Shown: in pieces, positions 26,728 to 39,400 of the stretch
Numbering within the stretch: the stretch's first letter is position 1
Layout of the letters: every line of letters begins with the position of its first letter
Assembly (NCBI GenBank): GCA_030390025.1
Contig: CM059433.1
Span: forward strand, 7,132,001-7,196,000
Direction of reading: 5' to 3'
Source: Squalus acanthias
Lineage: Eukaryota
Length of the DNA: 64,000 bases
Made by a program: the position numbers and the translations under genes
Notes under the pieces: model-generated
Databases searched by the model: none
Told to the model about the DNA's origin: nothing
The model's input: the letters and a program-made list of their open reading frames with translations, nothing else

Positions 26728-27262
26728 GTAAGTAACCTTGTTTTATTTCTGTAGAAAACTGAAAGTTGGATGAATTTCTGTACTGCTAGTGGCACCAAAG
26801 GTAACTGTTTAAAGAAAAACACTTTTTTATTTCTTTATGAATTTGACTAATAGCCATTAATGTGGAATTTTTGTCCAGGGTATGCCTGTCCCAAAAGACA
26901 GATATGCCTATTACTGGTTGTATGTGGCAGTTTTGTTGCCTACTGCCATGAATATTGTACCATGAAACCTATTCCATAGACCTAGTGTGCCAATGCATGG
27001 ATCTGAATTCTAGTGGGCTGAAGGAACCCCAGCAGAGAATGGTACCTCTTCCAAGTAATAAATTTGTTGCCACAATATTAATAGCTAGAATGCCAATATT
27101 GCTATAAATTGCAGTATTCAAAATGGAACATAGCCAGCATCTTCAATACATGCAATTGCAGATTTGGAGACATGATTGTCAGCAATTGTAACTTTGTTGA
27201 ATTAAGTGTCACAAGGCAAACTAAACAGTGTTTAAATTTAAATACTTTTTTTGCTTCTATAG

Positions 27263-27426
27263 AAACGATAGAAAACTCACAGGCGGCCTACCAGGCAGCC
27301 TTTGAAATCAGTCGGGATGGTCTGCCATCAACGCATCCAATCCGTTTGGGTCTTGCCCTTAATTTCTCTGTGTTCTATTATGAGATTCTCAACTCTCCAG
27401 AGAATGCCTGTAAACTGGCAAGAGAA
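27263..27426 (+). CDS. YWHAQ: 14-3-3 theta-like coding exon 3 (164 nt)
   Basis: CTATAG| (Q)[60 protein letters not shown]. Confidence 0.97.
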
Positions 27427-28049
27427 GTAAGTTGTACACTCTTGGTTTTTCAATTATAAAGCTTGGCAAAATTCAGAAGTGCACAAATTTTAACTTCAGA
27501 TTGTCATAGCTGCATGTGTAATTGCAATGTTTGAGAAATTTTCTCTAGCATTTTTTCCCCTTTCCCTGAAGGCATTGACTTGTTGCTGAGGTATAGAATC
27601 TTGCCAAAGTGGCTGCTATTAATGTTCAAATCTCAACAGTAAATGCCAGTAAGCTGTTTGACTACAGACTGTTCAGAGCTGAGTCTGACCAGTGCTCACC
27701 TGACAACAAATGTGCACTTTGAGCCAGGGGTTACTGGTTAGTGATCCAGATAGGAGCTTTAGCTTTTCTTTTCTCTCCCTGGTTCTCTGGCTGAGATTGG
27801 CTAATTCACAAAGTTTGGAAATTGAACCTGGAGTCTCTAGACAGCTTGACTCCGTGGAAGTCGTTGACAGGCTAAAAAGGCGCTCAATAAATATCTCTCC
27901 CTTTAATCAGTGTAAAGAGACTGGGAAAGAAGTTTGAGGCTAGACCATCGTTGAGGGAGTCACTGACCACAAAGATGTACAAATCGATTTGGGAGATGGG
28001 TCAACCTGGTGCCCATAGTCAAAAAGGTGACCAATCGCACTAAATTCAT

Positions 28050-28540
28050 TAGTCATGCTTCAGACTCATGTGAAACAATGGAATTGGTGTGAACTTGATG
28101 ATCTGGACAATAATAACTGTTGGCATGGATTCAGGAAATGATTAATCTCCTTTGTTCCTTTTGAGGAAGGGGCATCCCAAATGGGCTGTGGTAAGCCCCA
28201 TGATGTCTTGTACCTAGATTTCCAGAAGTTACTTGACAAAGCTCAGTCAAGCTCAAAGCTGTGGGGATCCAAGGAAAATCTTGGCTGCAGAGATTAAATT
28301 GGCTGAAGGGTAGAAAATGGGTGCTCGTTGTGTTACTTTGGGGTGGGGGGGGGGGGGGTAGAAGAGTACTGAGTAGGGTGCCCCAAGGATGGGGGTTGGG
28401 ACCCTACTGTTTCTAATTTGCATCATGATTTGGACATAGAAACCCAAAGTAAATTGCTCAAATTTTCAGGTGATGCCAAACTAAGATGGCAGTGGGTTCT
28501 GAGGTCGGCTAAAATTACAGAATGAGCTGGGCAAAATGTG
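28050..28540 (+). mobile_element. very old CR1 RT fragment
   Basis: TGTACCTAGATTTCCAGAAG (YLDFQK) and GTGCCCCAAGGA...TTGGGACCC remnants. Confidence 0.6.
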
Positions 28541-28689
28541 CAAAGACTAGTGTGTATCTTTTCTTTCCTGCAGCCCCTTCCCAATTTTGCTCGTAGTTGC
28601 TCCATCTTACAAGGATGAGGCTTGTTGTTTAATGCCCAAGTAGCTGTTTTATGAAAATTGAATCAATTTTTTTTTAAATGCCCAGATCT

Positions 28690-30035
28690 GAATTTGAGTC
28701 TCAAGTATGAAATTATTGCTGCTCTGGATGATGTCAGATTAAATTAGCAAAAGGATATGGGGTCACTCAGGCAGTCATCAGCAACATCTACAAAGAATGA
28801 GATTCTGTCTTGAAACATGTCAGCAGTGAAGATTTCAGACATAATGTGAAAAATTCATGCACATCTAAACTCTGACATTGGAGTAGAACTTCTTGAATGG
28901 TTCAATGCAGCATGTGATCTCCCTGGAATTTCAGAACCAATATTATTGGAAAAAGCCCTTAGAATTGCTGAAGAAATCTGGTTTAGCAATCTCAAGTTAA
29001 CTTGGGATTGACAGAGATCAAAAAATATTCTTGCCATAACTTGTAAGAAAATAGTCAGCAGAGCCAATGAAGTAACAAACTAATGGTTTTCATCAGCTTT
29101 GCCTGCATTACTTCAAAAGTGCTGGCCTTGTGATATCTATCCGTCTCAATTTTAAGAGGGACCTTTCTACAAGCTGCTTCCAGGTGGACTCGCACCTTTT
29201 GAAGAGCATGTGAGGAATGGAGCAAGGGGCGCGTGACTCTTTGTGCCAATATTGGCAGATCTGAGAAGCTTTTGCTTCTCATCGGTAAAAGTGGAGCCAT
29301 CATTTACTTTTTCAATCAGCAATCTTGGATGATTTCTATGATTTTTTTCAGGCGTACATTCTATCTCCAGAATTTTGAACTCTGGGTAGAAGTGTGCTAA
29401 TCATTATGCACAACTACACTGCGCATCCTTAAATTTCTGGCCAACTGAATGTGCAACTTGTCAGTTTTCTGAAGCATGCCACTTCTAAGCTTCAGTCAAT
29501 GGATGCTGGAGTCATCAAGCTTTCAAGGTGACTATCAGAAGTTTCTGGCTAGAAAGCATAACTGCTCATGAAGCCAAAACTGAATTCTCATCAGTTTCTT
29601 GGATGCTATGAATTTCACTGCTAGAAATTGGGATCTTGACAGCAACTTTTGCAAACCATTTTCTATGGTGAGTAAAGAGGAGAAGTCAACCCTGAGCTAC
29701 AGAGCATTTGGGAGCAACTTCAGCCAGCAGGACTGAGCCCTCCTGATTACTCAGTCTGATTATATCACAGATGATGACTCTTTGATCACCTGAACCGCCA
29801 TCGAAGCTTTGAGCGGACTTGAATCGGAATTAAATGATGAATTTAGTGACAGTATTGTAAATTTTAAAGATGAGATTGCTGATCCCCTGACTCGAGGTGC
29901 TCTGGCATTCAATATTGCATGCAATGCCCATCTAGGACTTGCTTGACTCAAATGTTGCCTCATCTGGCAAAAATTGAAGAACCAATCGCTCATGATTCAA
30001 TTTCAAAGATGAAACAGTCCAAAATAACTATGTAA
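28690..30035 (+). mobile_element. fossil Tigger/pogo (CENP-B-like DDE_1) transposase
   Basis: Broken-frame motifs LLEWF..ISEPILLEKA, FYKLLP, SKGRVTLCANIGRSEKLLLLIGKS, NQQSWM, VLIIMHNYTAHP, TSKLQSMDAGVI and terminal KQSKIT. Confidence 0.8.
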
Positions 30036-30159
30036 TCCTTATTACAGTGAAATATTAAATCTCAGTTTTGGAGTTTAAACAGTATCTTGTCCTTGAAATT
30101 GTAAATGCCTTAAACAGTCTGGAGGTGTATGTAATTGTTTAAGGAAAGTTCCCCAATTC

Positions 30160-30635
30160 CATAGAATCTTTGGCACAGAAACCAGCTGTTCGCCCCAACT
30201 GATCTATAGTTTATACTCCATACAAGCCTCTTTCCATTCTCCTTGCCTATTTTCACAATGTCCCCAAACCCTCCCCATTTCCCTTCTCCAAGTATGCAAC
30301 AAACCTCCATTAATGCATCAATGCTATTGGCTTCAACCACTCCATGTGGCGGAGTTCCACATTTCTCCGCATGCCTTGTGTAAAGAAATTCCTCCCAAAT
30401 TCTTTGATATTGACGGATGTCTTTTTTATTTATGCCACCTTGTTCTGGTCTTGCCCACAAATGGAAACAATTTACCCACTCTATCTATTCTATTGAACCC
30501 CTTCAGGACCACTATCTGGTCTCCTCTTCCAGAGAATAGAACCCCAGCTTGCTCAATCTTTCCTGAGCTGCATCCTCTCTGTTCTAGTAACATTCATAAA
30601 TCTTTTGCATTTTCTCCAGTACTTCAATATCCTTA
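30160..30635 (-). mobile_element. old CR1 3' fragment
   Basis: rc similarity to CR1 tails (GVVEANSIDA). Confidence 0.7.
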
Positions 30636-30636
30636 A

Positions 30637-30850
30637 ACTGAGGCCCCATCTACTCAAGTGGATGTGAAAGATCCTATTTCGAAGAGCAGGGGAATTATCC
30701 CTTGTGTCCTGGCCAATATTTATCCCTCCATCAACATCACCTAAAACATTATCTGGTCATTACCACCTTGCTGTTTGAGAGCTTGCTGTGCACAAATTGG
30801 CTGCTACATTACAACAGTGACTACACTTCAAAAAGTACTTCATTGACTCA
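30637..30850 (+). mobile_element. DeuSINE/SacSINE-like fragment
   Basis: GTCCTGGCCAATATTTATCCCTC...CAAATTGGCTGC...CAACAGTGACTACACTTCAAAA. Confidence 0.8.
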
Positions 30851-31397
30851 AGTGCTATTTTGTTTTGTTCCTCCGAATGTGGTCGCCGCCTTCCTACCAA
30901 AAATGAATCCCCTCAACACTTCACTATTAAATTTAATTTGCCATTTATCTGTCCACTCTGCACACAAGCTTGTCTTCCTGTATTTTGGTGCGAAAAAGCC
31001 AGAATGCAAACACTATTGGCTATGTCCCCCAATTTAGTATCCTTTGACGATTTCAACTCCATACCTCTCCTATTGTTATAAGCAAATAAAGAACTTGCAT
31101 TAGTATGTATCATTTTATTCAGGCTGACTGAATAACATTAGGCAGATTTGACTTTCTACAGTTGAAGTGTAGTTAATTTGTCGCCTTGATACAAATTATC
31201 AACTTGATTCTCATCCTCCCCTAACTGTCTGTCTGAGGAGCCATGTCTGCTTTCCCACAGCCAAGTCATTTAAGATTGTTAGCAATGGTAGTAACCTCAA
31301 TTGACAAAGTAGCAGTAGCATCTACAGAAGAGATTTTGTAAACTTTTTTTTTGTCTTCCCCTTCCCCCTCTAACATCCTTGATTGTTTGTCGTCTAG

Positions 31398-31493
31398 GCA
31401 TTTGATCAGGCTATTCATGATCTGGATATTCTCCAAGATGATTCCTATAAAGACAGCACCCTCATTATGCAGTTGCTTAGAGACAACCTTACA
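31398..31493 (+). CDS. YWHAQ: 14-3-3 theta-like coding exon 4 (96 nt)
   Basis: [44 protein letters not shown]. Confidence 0.97.
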
Positions 31494-32290
31494 GTAAGTT
31501 TCTTCAACTTTTTTTCCTTGTATGTCTCTAATGCATAAGAGATTAAAGCTACACAAATCCAACAAGTTTTACTGCATGAGCTTTTTTGGGACCATAAACT
31601 ACATGAATATTTACACTAAGTATTCTGATGCATGAAGGATACATGCTGGGTATGGTATTTATCTAATGGGTGCATATATATGGATGAATTTTGCATGAAT
31701 AACAGTTAAATTTGACCATGTTACTAGTTAAATTATACCCATGAGTATAAATGACAATTTTAAGTGTTTTTAAAGAAATTGGAAAATTAGAATTGAAACC
31801 TTAAAGTCACTTGCATGGCATTTAGATAAAGCAAAATGGAATTGTCATAGCCACCTAGGCAAGAGATGATGCACAGGATGTGGGAGATCAAAGCACCAAT
31901 AGCCAATAAGTTTCCTTGTAGTTTAATTTAAGCAAGGTGTGACCATGTTCAACAGTAGCTGCTGCATTAGTGTTTCTATTATCTAGAGAATGAAATGTAG
32001 TTTGGCACAATTACCAGTGTCACCAGACGTTTGCTGGAGTTGTCCATGCAAATAGTATGCATTTTGAAAAATGCAAGGATAGTTTTTTTTGTAAAGGCAA
32101 TTATTAATGGCTAGTTATTTGGTATTGATGTATACACCCTGCTGCAGTGAGAAAGAGGTTTTTGCTAAGGATGGATCCTGTTCAGGCAGTGTTGTATTTA
32201 AATGTTTTGTTGATGTGTGCCATTTGTTGGAATTTGTATTCATTTGGAATATTTCAAATGAGAATCTGACTTTTTTTTCTTCCTTCCTAG

Positions 32291-32356
32291 TTATGGTCAA
32301 CTGAGAGTGCACCAGATGAGTGTGAACCCGGTGCAGCCGAGCCTGGAGAAAACTAA
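32291..32356 (+). CDS. YWHAQ: 14-3-3 theta-like last coding exon
   Basis: TTCCTAG| LWSTESAPDECEPGAAEPGEN*. The spliced CDS is 816 nt in frame, 271 aa. Confidence 0.95.
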   Translation, partial: LWSTESAPDECEPGAAEPGEN

Positions 32357-33445
32357 ATGCACGTAGGGTCCAATCCCCAAAATCTTTTTACACATCTCCA
32401 TTCCTTACTGCTCCACTCAAAATTCCTATAGCAACAAAAACTCATCAGTACTGTACTGAATAGCTATGTATGGAAAATCCCCAATTTAGTCTTTATATAT
32501 ACACACACACACCACACACACACACACCACTGCTTTAAAAGAAGTCCATTCCTTGGTTTGTGTTGATGGTTGTCTGCCTTCCTGGTGTGCGGTTACTGCT
32601 GTAGAAGAGTATATAGTTTAACTTTATAACATGAGTAACCTCCAAATAAAATGTAGAGGACAGAATGTTTAATATTTTAAAAAAGAAATACTTGCAGTGT
32701 TTGTATTGTGAACATAATTGGTAGAAATTTGCTGCACTAGACAGTAATTGGGTTATACTGCAATTTTTTTTTGCTTCCTCCCACACTCGAACCACCTTTC
32801 CATATTCTTTCTTGAGTTGTCCTGCTGGTATTGGCTTGTGTGTGCATTGTCTACTCTTTCCCTCCACTCCCCTTGATGTAATACATGCAATACATTTACT
32901 TTTAACAGCAACGTGGCATAATTACAGAGCAAAGTAGCTGTTGCACACATGCCTCTATTCTGCAGGAAGACTGGCCTTATGTTCTGTAATAAAATGACGA
33001 GTTATTTTGGGAAATTGTGTGAGGCCGAAGGCATTTAAAAATGTACAATCAAGTTTAAAAAAAAAAGTACCATGTGATTTTGGAATTCTGTGAATCTTCA
33101 CTTTTTAAAAAATGAAATACACCTGTCCATGTCATTATGGTATTCACGTCTGTGTACTGTTACAGCATGTTTCTGCTAAAGTTTGAGGTTGTGCTTGTGA
33201 ATGATTAAGTCACATGCATGACTTTTTGATACACTGGAATGGGAAACACAACTTTCTTCAGATTGTTCCCAATATTTTTTTTAAAAGCATACTTTTTCTT
33301 TGCAGGTTTGTGCACATGTAAGGGGGTGTTCAGTGATTGAGATTTGGACCACTATAATTGCTAATCATTTCATAATCCCCAAAAGCCTTGTGGAAATATG
33401 TTAATGCCCTATGTAACATGAAATAAATGACATTTTATAAACCAT
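32357..33445 (+). terminator. YWHAQ: 3' UTR with poly(A) signals (AATAAA at 32645, 32988, 33422)
   Basis: TE-free AT-rich stretch after the stop, with (AC)n near 32500. The distal AATAAA has an upstream TGTA and downstream GT/T-rich sequence. Confidence 0.7.
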
Positions 33446-34291
33446 ATGTTGCTTGTCTAACTCAAATATTTCCCTTTGGGTGGTTCATAAAACATACTCG
33501 TGTACATTTAAAATCTAATTAAGTTGATAGCACTGATATGCACACTGTTGCTACAACCTATTTTTAAACTGTATAAAACTATTAAATGTGCTAAATAACT
33601 GGTAAATAGTGTAGTTCATATAGCTACATTGAAGTTTGTATAATGAAGGGGCCTAAAGGGATTGGAGAGCAATTTTCCAGAATCTTTTTGTAATTGGCCT
33701 GGGTTTTACCAGGCTTTATGCTTCCCAGGAGATTACATGACTCTGGGTGGGTAGGGAGTGTCTATCATAATGCATTGCACATCACAACTATATGGGACTA
33801 GTCTTTTCCGCCTGTGATTTTTGTATGTAAATGAGGAATTTTTGCTGACGGATAAAGACGAGTCCAACAAACCAGTTGTTCTAATTTCCCTGCCCCCTCT
33901 CCTCTCCCCCCCCCCCCCCCCGGATCAGTCTTACACTTTGGCATTTTTATAATGTATCTGAATTACTTCTCCAGAAACTGACCTAATTGTCTCCTGCAGC
34001 CACTTGTGCTTTCAGTTTGTGGATTTCTCTGGTAACGTAACCTTTTCCATCCGAAGGGTAAATTGTAAACTAACGTCATCTAGTATTTCAACTCTGCTTT
34101 CACGAACCATTAACCTGGATCAATTCTCTCCATCATAATCTTGACTGTCAATTTAGAAAAGCCTTTCTTCCAAAGCAAATGAGCCTAACTTTTTTTATTT
34201 CCTTCTGACTTGAATTCCTGTTGGATTCCTGTCTTGCCCTATCTCCCTAATGCTATGTGATGGGCAATCAGAACACATACTAACTAGATTA

Positions 34292-34685
34292 GTGTCAGCT
34301 GTGGTTGAGTAGTACTCTTGCATGAGTCAGAAGGTCATTAAGTTTAAGAGCCACTTCAGAGACTTGACCACATAATCTAGGTTGGCATTTCAGTGCAGTA
34401 CTGAGTTCATTGTCATAGGTGTTACTCTTTGGATGAGACGTTGCAGAGGCCCTGTACTGCCTTGGGTGGGTATAAACAATTTTGTGGTACTATTCAAAGA
34501 GCAGGGGAGTCCTTCTGGTGTCTGATCATTTATCTCATTGCTGTTTGTGGTATCTAGCTGTGAGCAAAGTAGTTGCTGCATTTCCCCACATCACAATAGT
34601 AACTACTCAATACTACATTGGGTGTGATGCACTTTTGGATGTCCTGTGCATGTGGAAGGTGCTACATAAATGTGAATTTTCTTTC
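34292..34685 (+). mobile_element. degraded full-length DeuSINE/SacSINE-like SINE
   Basis: Head GTGTCAGCTGTGG matches rc of 60013-60025. Has the core and an L2-like tail. Confidence 0.8.
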
Positions 34686-34697
34686 TAGTCCTCAGTA

Positions 34698-35785
34698 TCA
34701 TAGACTAATGCAGCACAAAAGGAGGCCCATCATGCCTTTGTGGCTCTTTGAAAGTGCTATTGAATTTGCCCCACTCCCTGGCTCTCCCCATAGCCCAGCA
34801 GATTTTTCCCCTTCAAGTATTTTATCTAATTCCCATTTGAAAGTTAGTATTGAATCTGCTTTCACCGCCCTTTCAGGCAGTGCATTCTAGATCATCACAG
34901 CTCGCTGTATTTATATTAAAAAAAAAAAAAAAAAATTCCCTCATCACCTCTGGTTAGTTTGCTAATTACCTTTAAATCTGTGTCCTCTGGTTACTGACCC
35001 TTCTGCCACTGGAAACAGTTTCACCTCCCCCTTTACTCTATCAAAACCCTTCATGATTTTGACCTGTTCACCATTACTCTCAGCTTTCTATCCTTTAGCC
35101 AATTATGTATCCATGCAGCCACTGCCCCTTCAATCCCATGGGCTTTAATTTTGCTAACCAGTCTATTATATGGTACTTTATCAAAAGCCTTAAAGTCCAT
35201 ATACACATCAATTGCAATACCCTCATCCTCCCTCTGTTGCTTCAAAGAACTCAAAACACTGTCTCTACCAAATCAGTGCCGGCTTTCATTAACCCATTTT
35301 TCCAAGTGCCCACTAATTTTGTCCTGGATTAATGTCTGTTTCCCCACTGCTGTGGATTTACCCCCCTTTTTTAAACAAGGGTGTAACATTGCAATCCTCC
35401 CAGACTTCTGCCACCATCCCATATCTAAGGAGGCTTGGAAAATTGTCACCAGAGCCTGTGAAATTTCCACCATTGCTTCCCTCCGCTACCTAGATGCATC
35501 CCATTCAGACCTGGTGACTTTTCTACTTGAGTACTGCCAACCTTTTAAGTACCTCCCATCTATCTTTTTTAATCCTATTCAGTTTCTCTACTATCTCCTT
35601 TTACTGTAACATTGGCACATCCTCTTTAGTGAAGATAGATGCAAAGTACTCATTTAGTACCTCAGCCATGCCCTCTGTCTCCAGCAAAAGATCTTTTTGG
35701 TCCCTAATCAGCCCCACCCTTTATTATTTAAGGCTTTTGGGTTTCCTATTGTTACCTGCTAATCTATTCTCATACACTCACTGTA
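34698..35785 (-). mobile_element. decayed CR1 fragments
   Basis: Minus ORFs contain DVYMDFKAFDKVPY and ALVTIFQASLD. Confidence 0.8.
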
Positions 35786-35791
35786 CTTAAT

Positions 35792-36408
35792 GGTCCAGAA
35801 TTTGCAATTGAGGTAATGGAGGAAATCTGACTGCAAATTCTGGAGTACGCACGTGCAGTTAACTGCAGAAATCCAGAGGTTGCTGTCAAATACCCTGCCC
35901 CTCCACAGGATGTTCTGTTGCTGTCCTCCCGGATAGACCCAGCATTGCAATGACTGACTGGGTGAACTTGCTGTACTTGCCCACTGGTTGCACACTAAAC
36001 AGCTGAAAAACTTGGGGGGGCTGGTGCACTCGAGTGAGTTTTTAAACTGAGTGATATTTACTGCTAAACAACCGGTCTGGCCCTGAAAAACAACTTTGCA
36101 AGCGTGGAGTCTCATTCTCACAGGAAAATTAGATTAAAAATTAAAATTAAAAATGTTTAATTTTGTCATCTCGCTCCCTTAATCCCATCTGTATTTCCCA
36201 ATCTTGATCTACTTTCTGTACATTTAAATCTAATTTCTATTTCCTGGTTTGGACTCTGGCTCAGAGGATACTTTAATCTGATTGGTTGAAGAGCCTTGCT
36301 GTTGCTTAGAGGAAATCTGCACTGAAACCAGTGGAAAAAATCTGTGGGTAGATATCTGCGAAGTGAACGGCGAGTACTGTTCCTTTACCTCTGAGCAAAA
36401 TCCAGGTC
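35792..36408. mobile_element. Harbinger-type MITE (same family as 56697-58154)
   Basis: Ends GGTCCAGAATTTGC / rc GACCTGGATTTTGC. Internal GCACGTGCAGTTAACTGC..GTTGCTGTC is shared with the 56697 copy. TSD unclear. Confidence 0.6.
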
Positions 36409-36419
36409 TTTGTGTTCAA

Positions 36420-39400
36420 GGGGATGACCGCATAGTGGTTGAGTTACTGGACTAGTAAGCCAGAGGCCTGGACTAATAAACAGGAGACGTGAGTTCAAAT
36501 CCCACCACTGCAGCTGTGGAGTTAAATTCAGTTAATTAAATCCAGAATAAAAAGCTAGTCAGAAATGGTGATCATGAAAATATCAGATTGTTGTAAAAAA
36601 AAAAACATATCTGGTTTACTAATGTGGTTCCTTCCTTGAAGGAAATCTGCTGCCCTTGCCTAGTCTGGCCTATGTGACTCCAGACCCACAGCAATGTGGT
36701 TGACTCTGAACTGCCCTCTGAAATGGCCTAGCAAGCCACTCAGTTGTAGCAAACCGGATGGACCACCCAGCATTGACCTAGGCACCGGCTTCGGACATGA
36801 CAAAGGCACACCCAGCCCAGTCGACCCTGAAAAGTCCACTTCACTAACATCTGGGGACTTGTGCCAAAATTGGGAGAGCTGTCCCACAGACAAGCCAAGC
36901 AACAGCCTGACTTAGTCATACTCGGAATCATACCTTTCAGCTAATGTCCCAGACTCTTCCATCACCATCCCTGGATATGTCCTGTCCCATGGGCAGGACA
37001 GACCCACCAGAGGTATACAAGCGGGAGGGAGTGGCCCTGGGAGTCCTCAACATTGACTCTGGACTCATGAAGTCTTATAGCATCAGGAAACCCCCTGCTG
37101 GTTACCATCTACTGCCCTCCTTCAGCTGATGAATCAGTACTCCTCCATTTTGAGCACGAGTTGGAAGAAGCACTGAGGGTAGCAAGGGCATAGAATGTAC
37201 TCTGGGTGGGGACTTCAATGTCTATCACCGAGTGGCCTGGTAGCACCACTAACAGAGTCCTGAAGGACATAGCTGCCAGTCTGGGCCCACGACAGGTGGT
37301 GAGAGAACCAACATGGGGGGGGAACCTACTTGACCTCGTGCAGAGAAAGTCCTGTCTTCACACTGAGGGTACCATCCTGTCGTGTGGCACTACCATTGTG
37401 CTAAATGGGATAGATTTAGCAGTTCAAAAGTGGACTTCATGAGGCACTGTGAGCAGCAGCAGAATTGTAACCCACCACAATCTAACCTCATTGCCTGGCA
37501 TATCCCTCACTACTATTAACATCAAGCCACATGACCAACTCTGCTTCAATGAGGAGTGCAAAAGAGCATGCCACCGCCAGCACCAGGCGTACCTTAATGA
37601 GGTGCGAACCTGCTACACAACTACATCCATGCTCAACAATGGAAACAGCATGCTATAGACAGCTAAGCAATCCCACTAGCAATGGATCAGATCAAAGCTC
37701 TATAGTCCTGCCACATCCTGTAGTGAATGGTGGTGGACTATTAAACAACTGACAGGAGGAGGCTCTATGGACATCCCCATCCTCAATGATGGCGGAGCTC
37801 AGCACGTGAGTGCAAAAGACCAGGCTGAAGCGTTTGCAACCATCTACGGCCAGAAGGGCCGAGTGGATGATCCATCTCTGCCTTCTCCTGAGGTCCCCAT
37901 CATCACACAAGCCAGTCTTCAGCCAATTTGATTCACTCCATGTGATATCAAGAAACTGCTGAGCACACTGGATACAGCAAAGGTTGTGTGCCCTGACGAT
38001 ATCCCGGCTGTCGTGCTGAAGGTTTGTGCTCCAGAACTAGCCGCGCCTCTAGCCAAGCTGTTCCAGTACAGCTACAACACTCGCATTTACCCGACAAGGT
38101 GGAAAACTGCCCAGGTATGTCCTGTCCACAAATGGGACAAATCCAATCCGGCCAATTATCCCTCCATCAGTCTACTCTCAATCATTGGCAAAGTGATGAA
38201 AGTTGTTGTCGACAGTGCCATCAAGTAGCACTTACTCACCAATAACCTGCTCACCAATGCTCAGTTTGGGTTCCACTAGGACCACTCGACTCCAGACCTC
38301 ATTACAGCCTTGATCCAAACATGGAAAAAAGAGCTGAATTCCAGAGGTGAGGTGAGAGTGACTGCACTTGACATCAAGGCATCATTTGACCAAGTGTAAC
38401 ATCAAGGAGCCCTAGTAAAACTGAAGTCAATGGGAATCGGGAAAAATTCTCCACTGGCTGGAATCATATCTAGCAGAAAGGAAGATGGTTGTGGTTGTTG
38501 GAGGCCAATCATCTCAGCCCCAGGACATCGCTGCAGGAGTTTCTCAGGGCAGTGTCCTAGGCCCAACCATCTTCAGCTGTTTTATCAATGATCTTCCCTC
38601 CATCATAAGGTCAGAAGTGGGCATGTTTGCTGATGATTGCACAGTGTTCAGTTCCATTTGCAACTCATCAGATAATGAAGCAGTCTATGCCTGCATGCAG
38701 CAAGACCTGGATGACATTCAGGCTTGGGCTGATAAGTGGCAAGTAACATTTGCACCACACAAGTGCCAGGCAATGACTATCTCCAACAAGAGAGCGTCTA
38801 ACCACCGCCCCTTGACATTCAAGGGCTTTACTATTGCATAATCCCCCAACATCAACATCCTGGGGGGTCACCATTGACCACAAACTTAACTGGACCAGCC
38901 ACATAAATACTGTAGCTATAAGAGCAGGTCAGAGGCTGGTTATTCTGCGGCAAGTGTCTCACCTCCTGACTCCCCAAAGCCTTTCCACCATCTACAAGGC
39001 ACAAGTCAGGAGTGTGATGGAAACTCTCCACTTGCCTGGATGAGTGCAGCTCCAACAACACTCAAGAAGCTCGACACCATCCAGCACAAAGCAGCCCGCC
39101 TGGTTGGTACACCATTCACTACCTTAGACATTCACTCCACCACCGGCGCACCGTGGCTGCAGTGTGTATCATCTACAAGGCTTCTTCGGCAGCACCTCCC
39201 AAACCTTCGACCTCTTCCACCTAGAAGGACAAGGGCAGCAGGTGCATGGGAACACCATCACCTCCAAGTTCCCCTCCAAGTCACACACCATTTTGACTTT
39301 GAAATATATCGCCGATCCTTCATAGTCGCTGGGTCAAAATCCTGGAACTCCCTCCCTAACAGCACTGTGGGAGTACCTTCACCACACGGACTGCAGTGGT

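Noticed and set aside
27550..27860. possible ancient SINE on the minus strand (box B-like GGTTCAATTTCC)
   Set aside because: Too degraded to assign or delimit without a search.
36420..36510. functional tRNA gene (same question for 59960-60025)
   Set aside because: No proper cloverleaf or acceptor stem, and continuous with a retroelement body.
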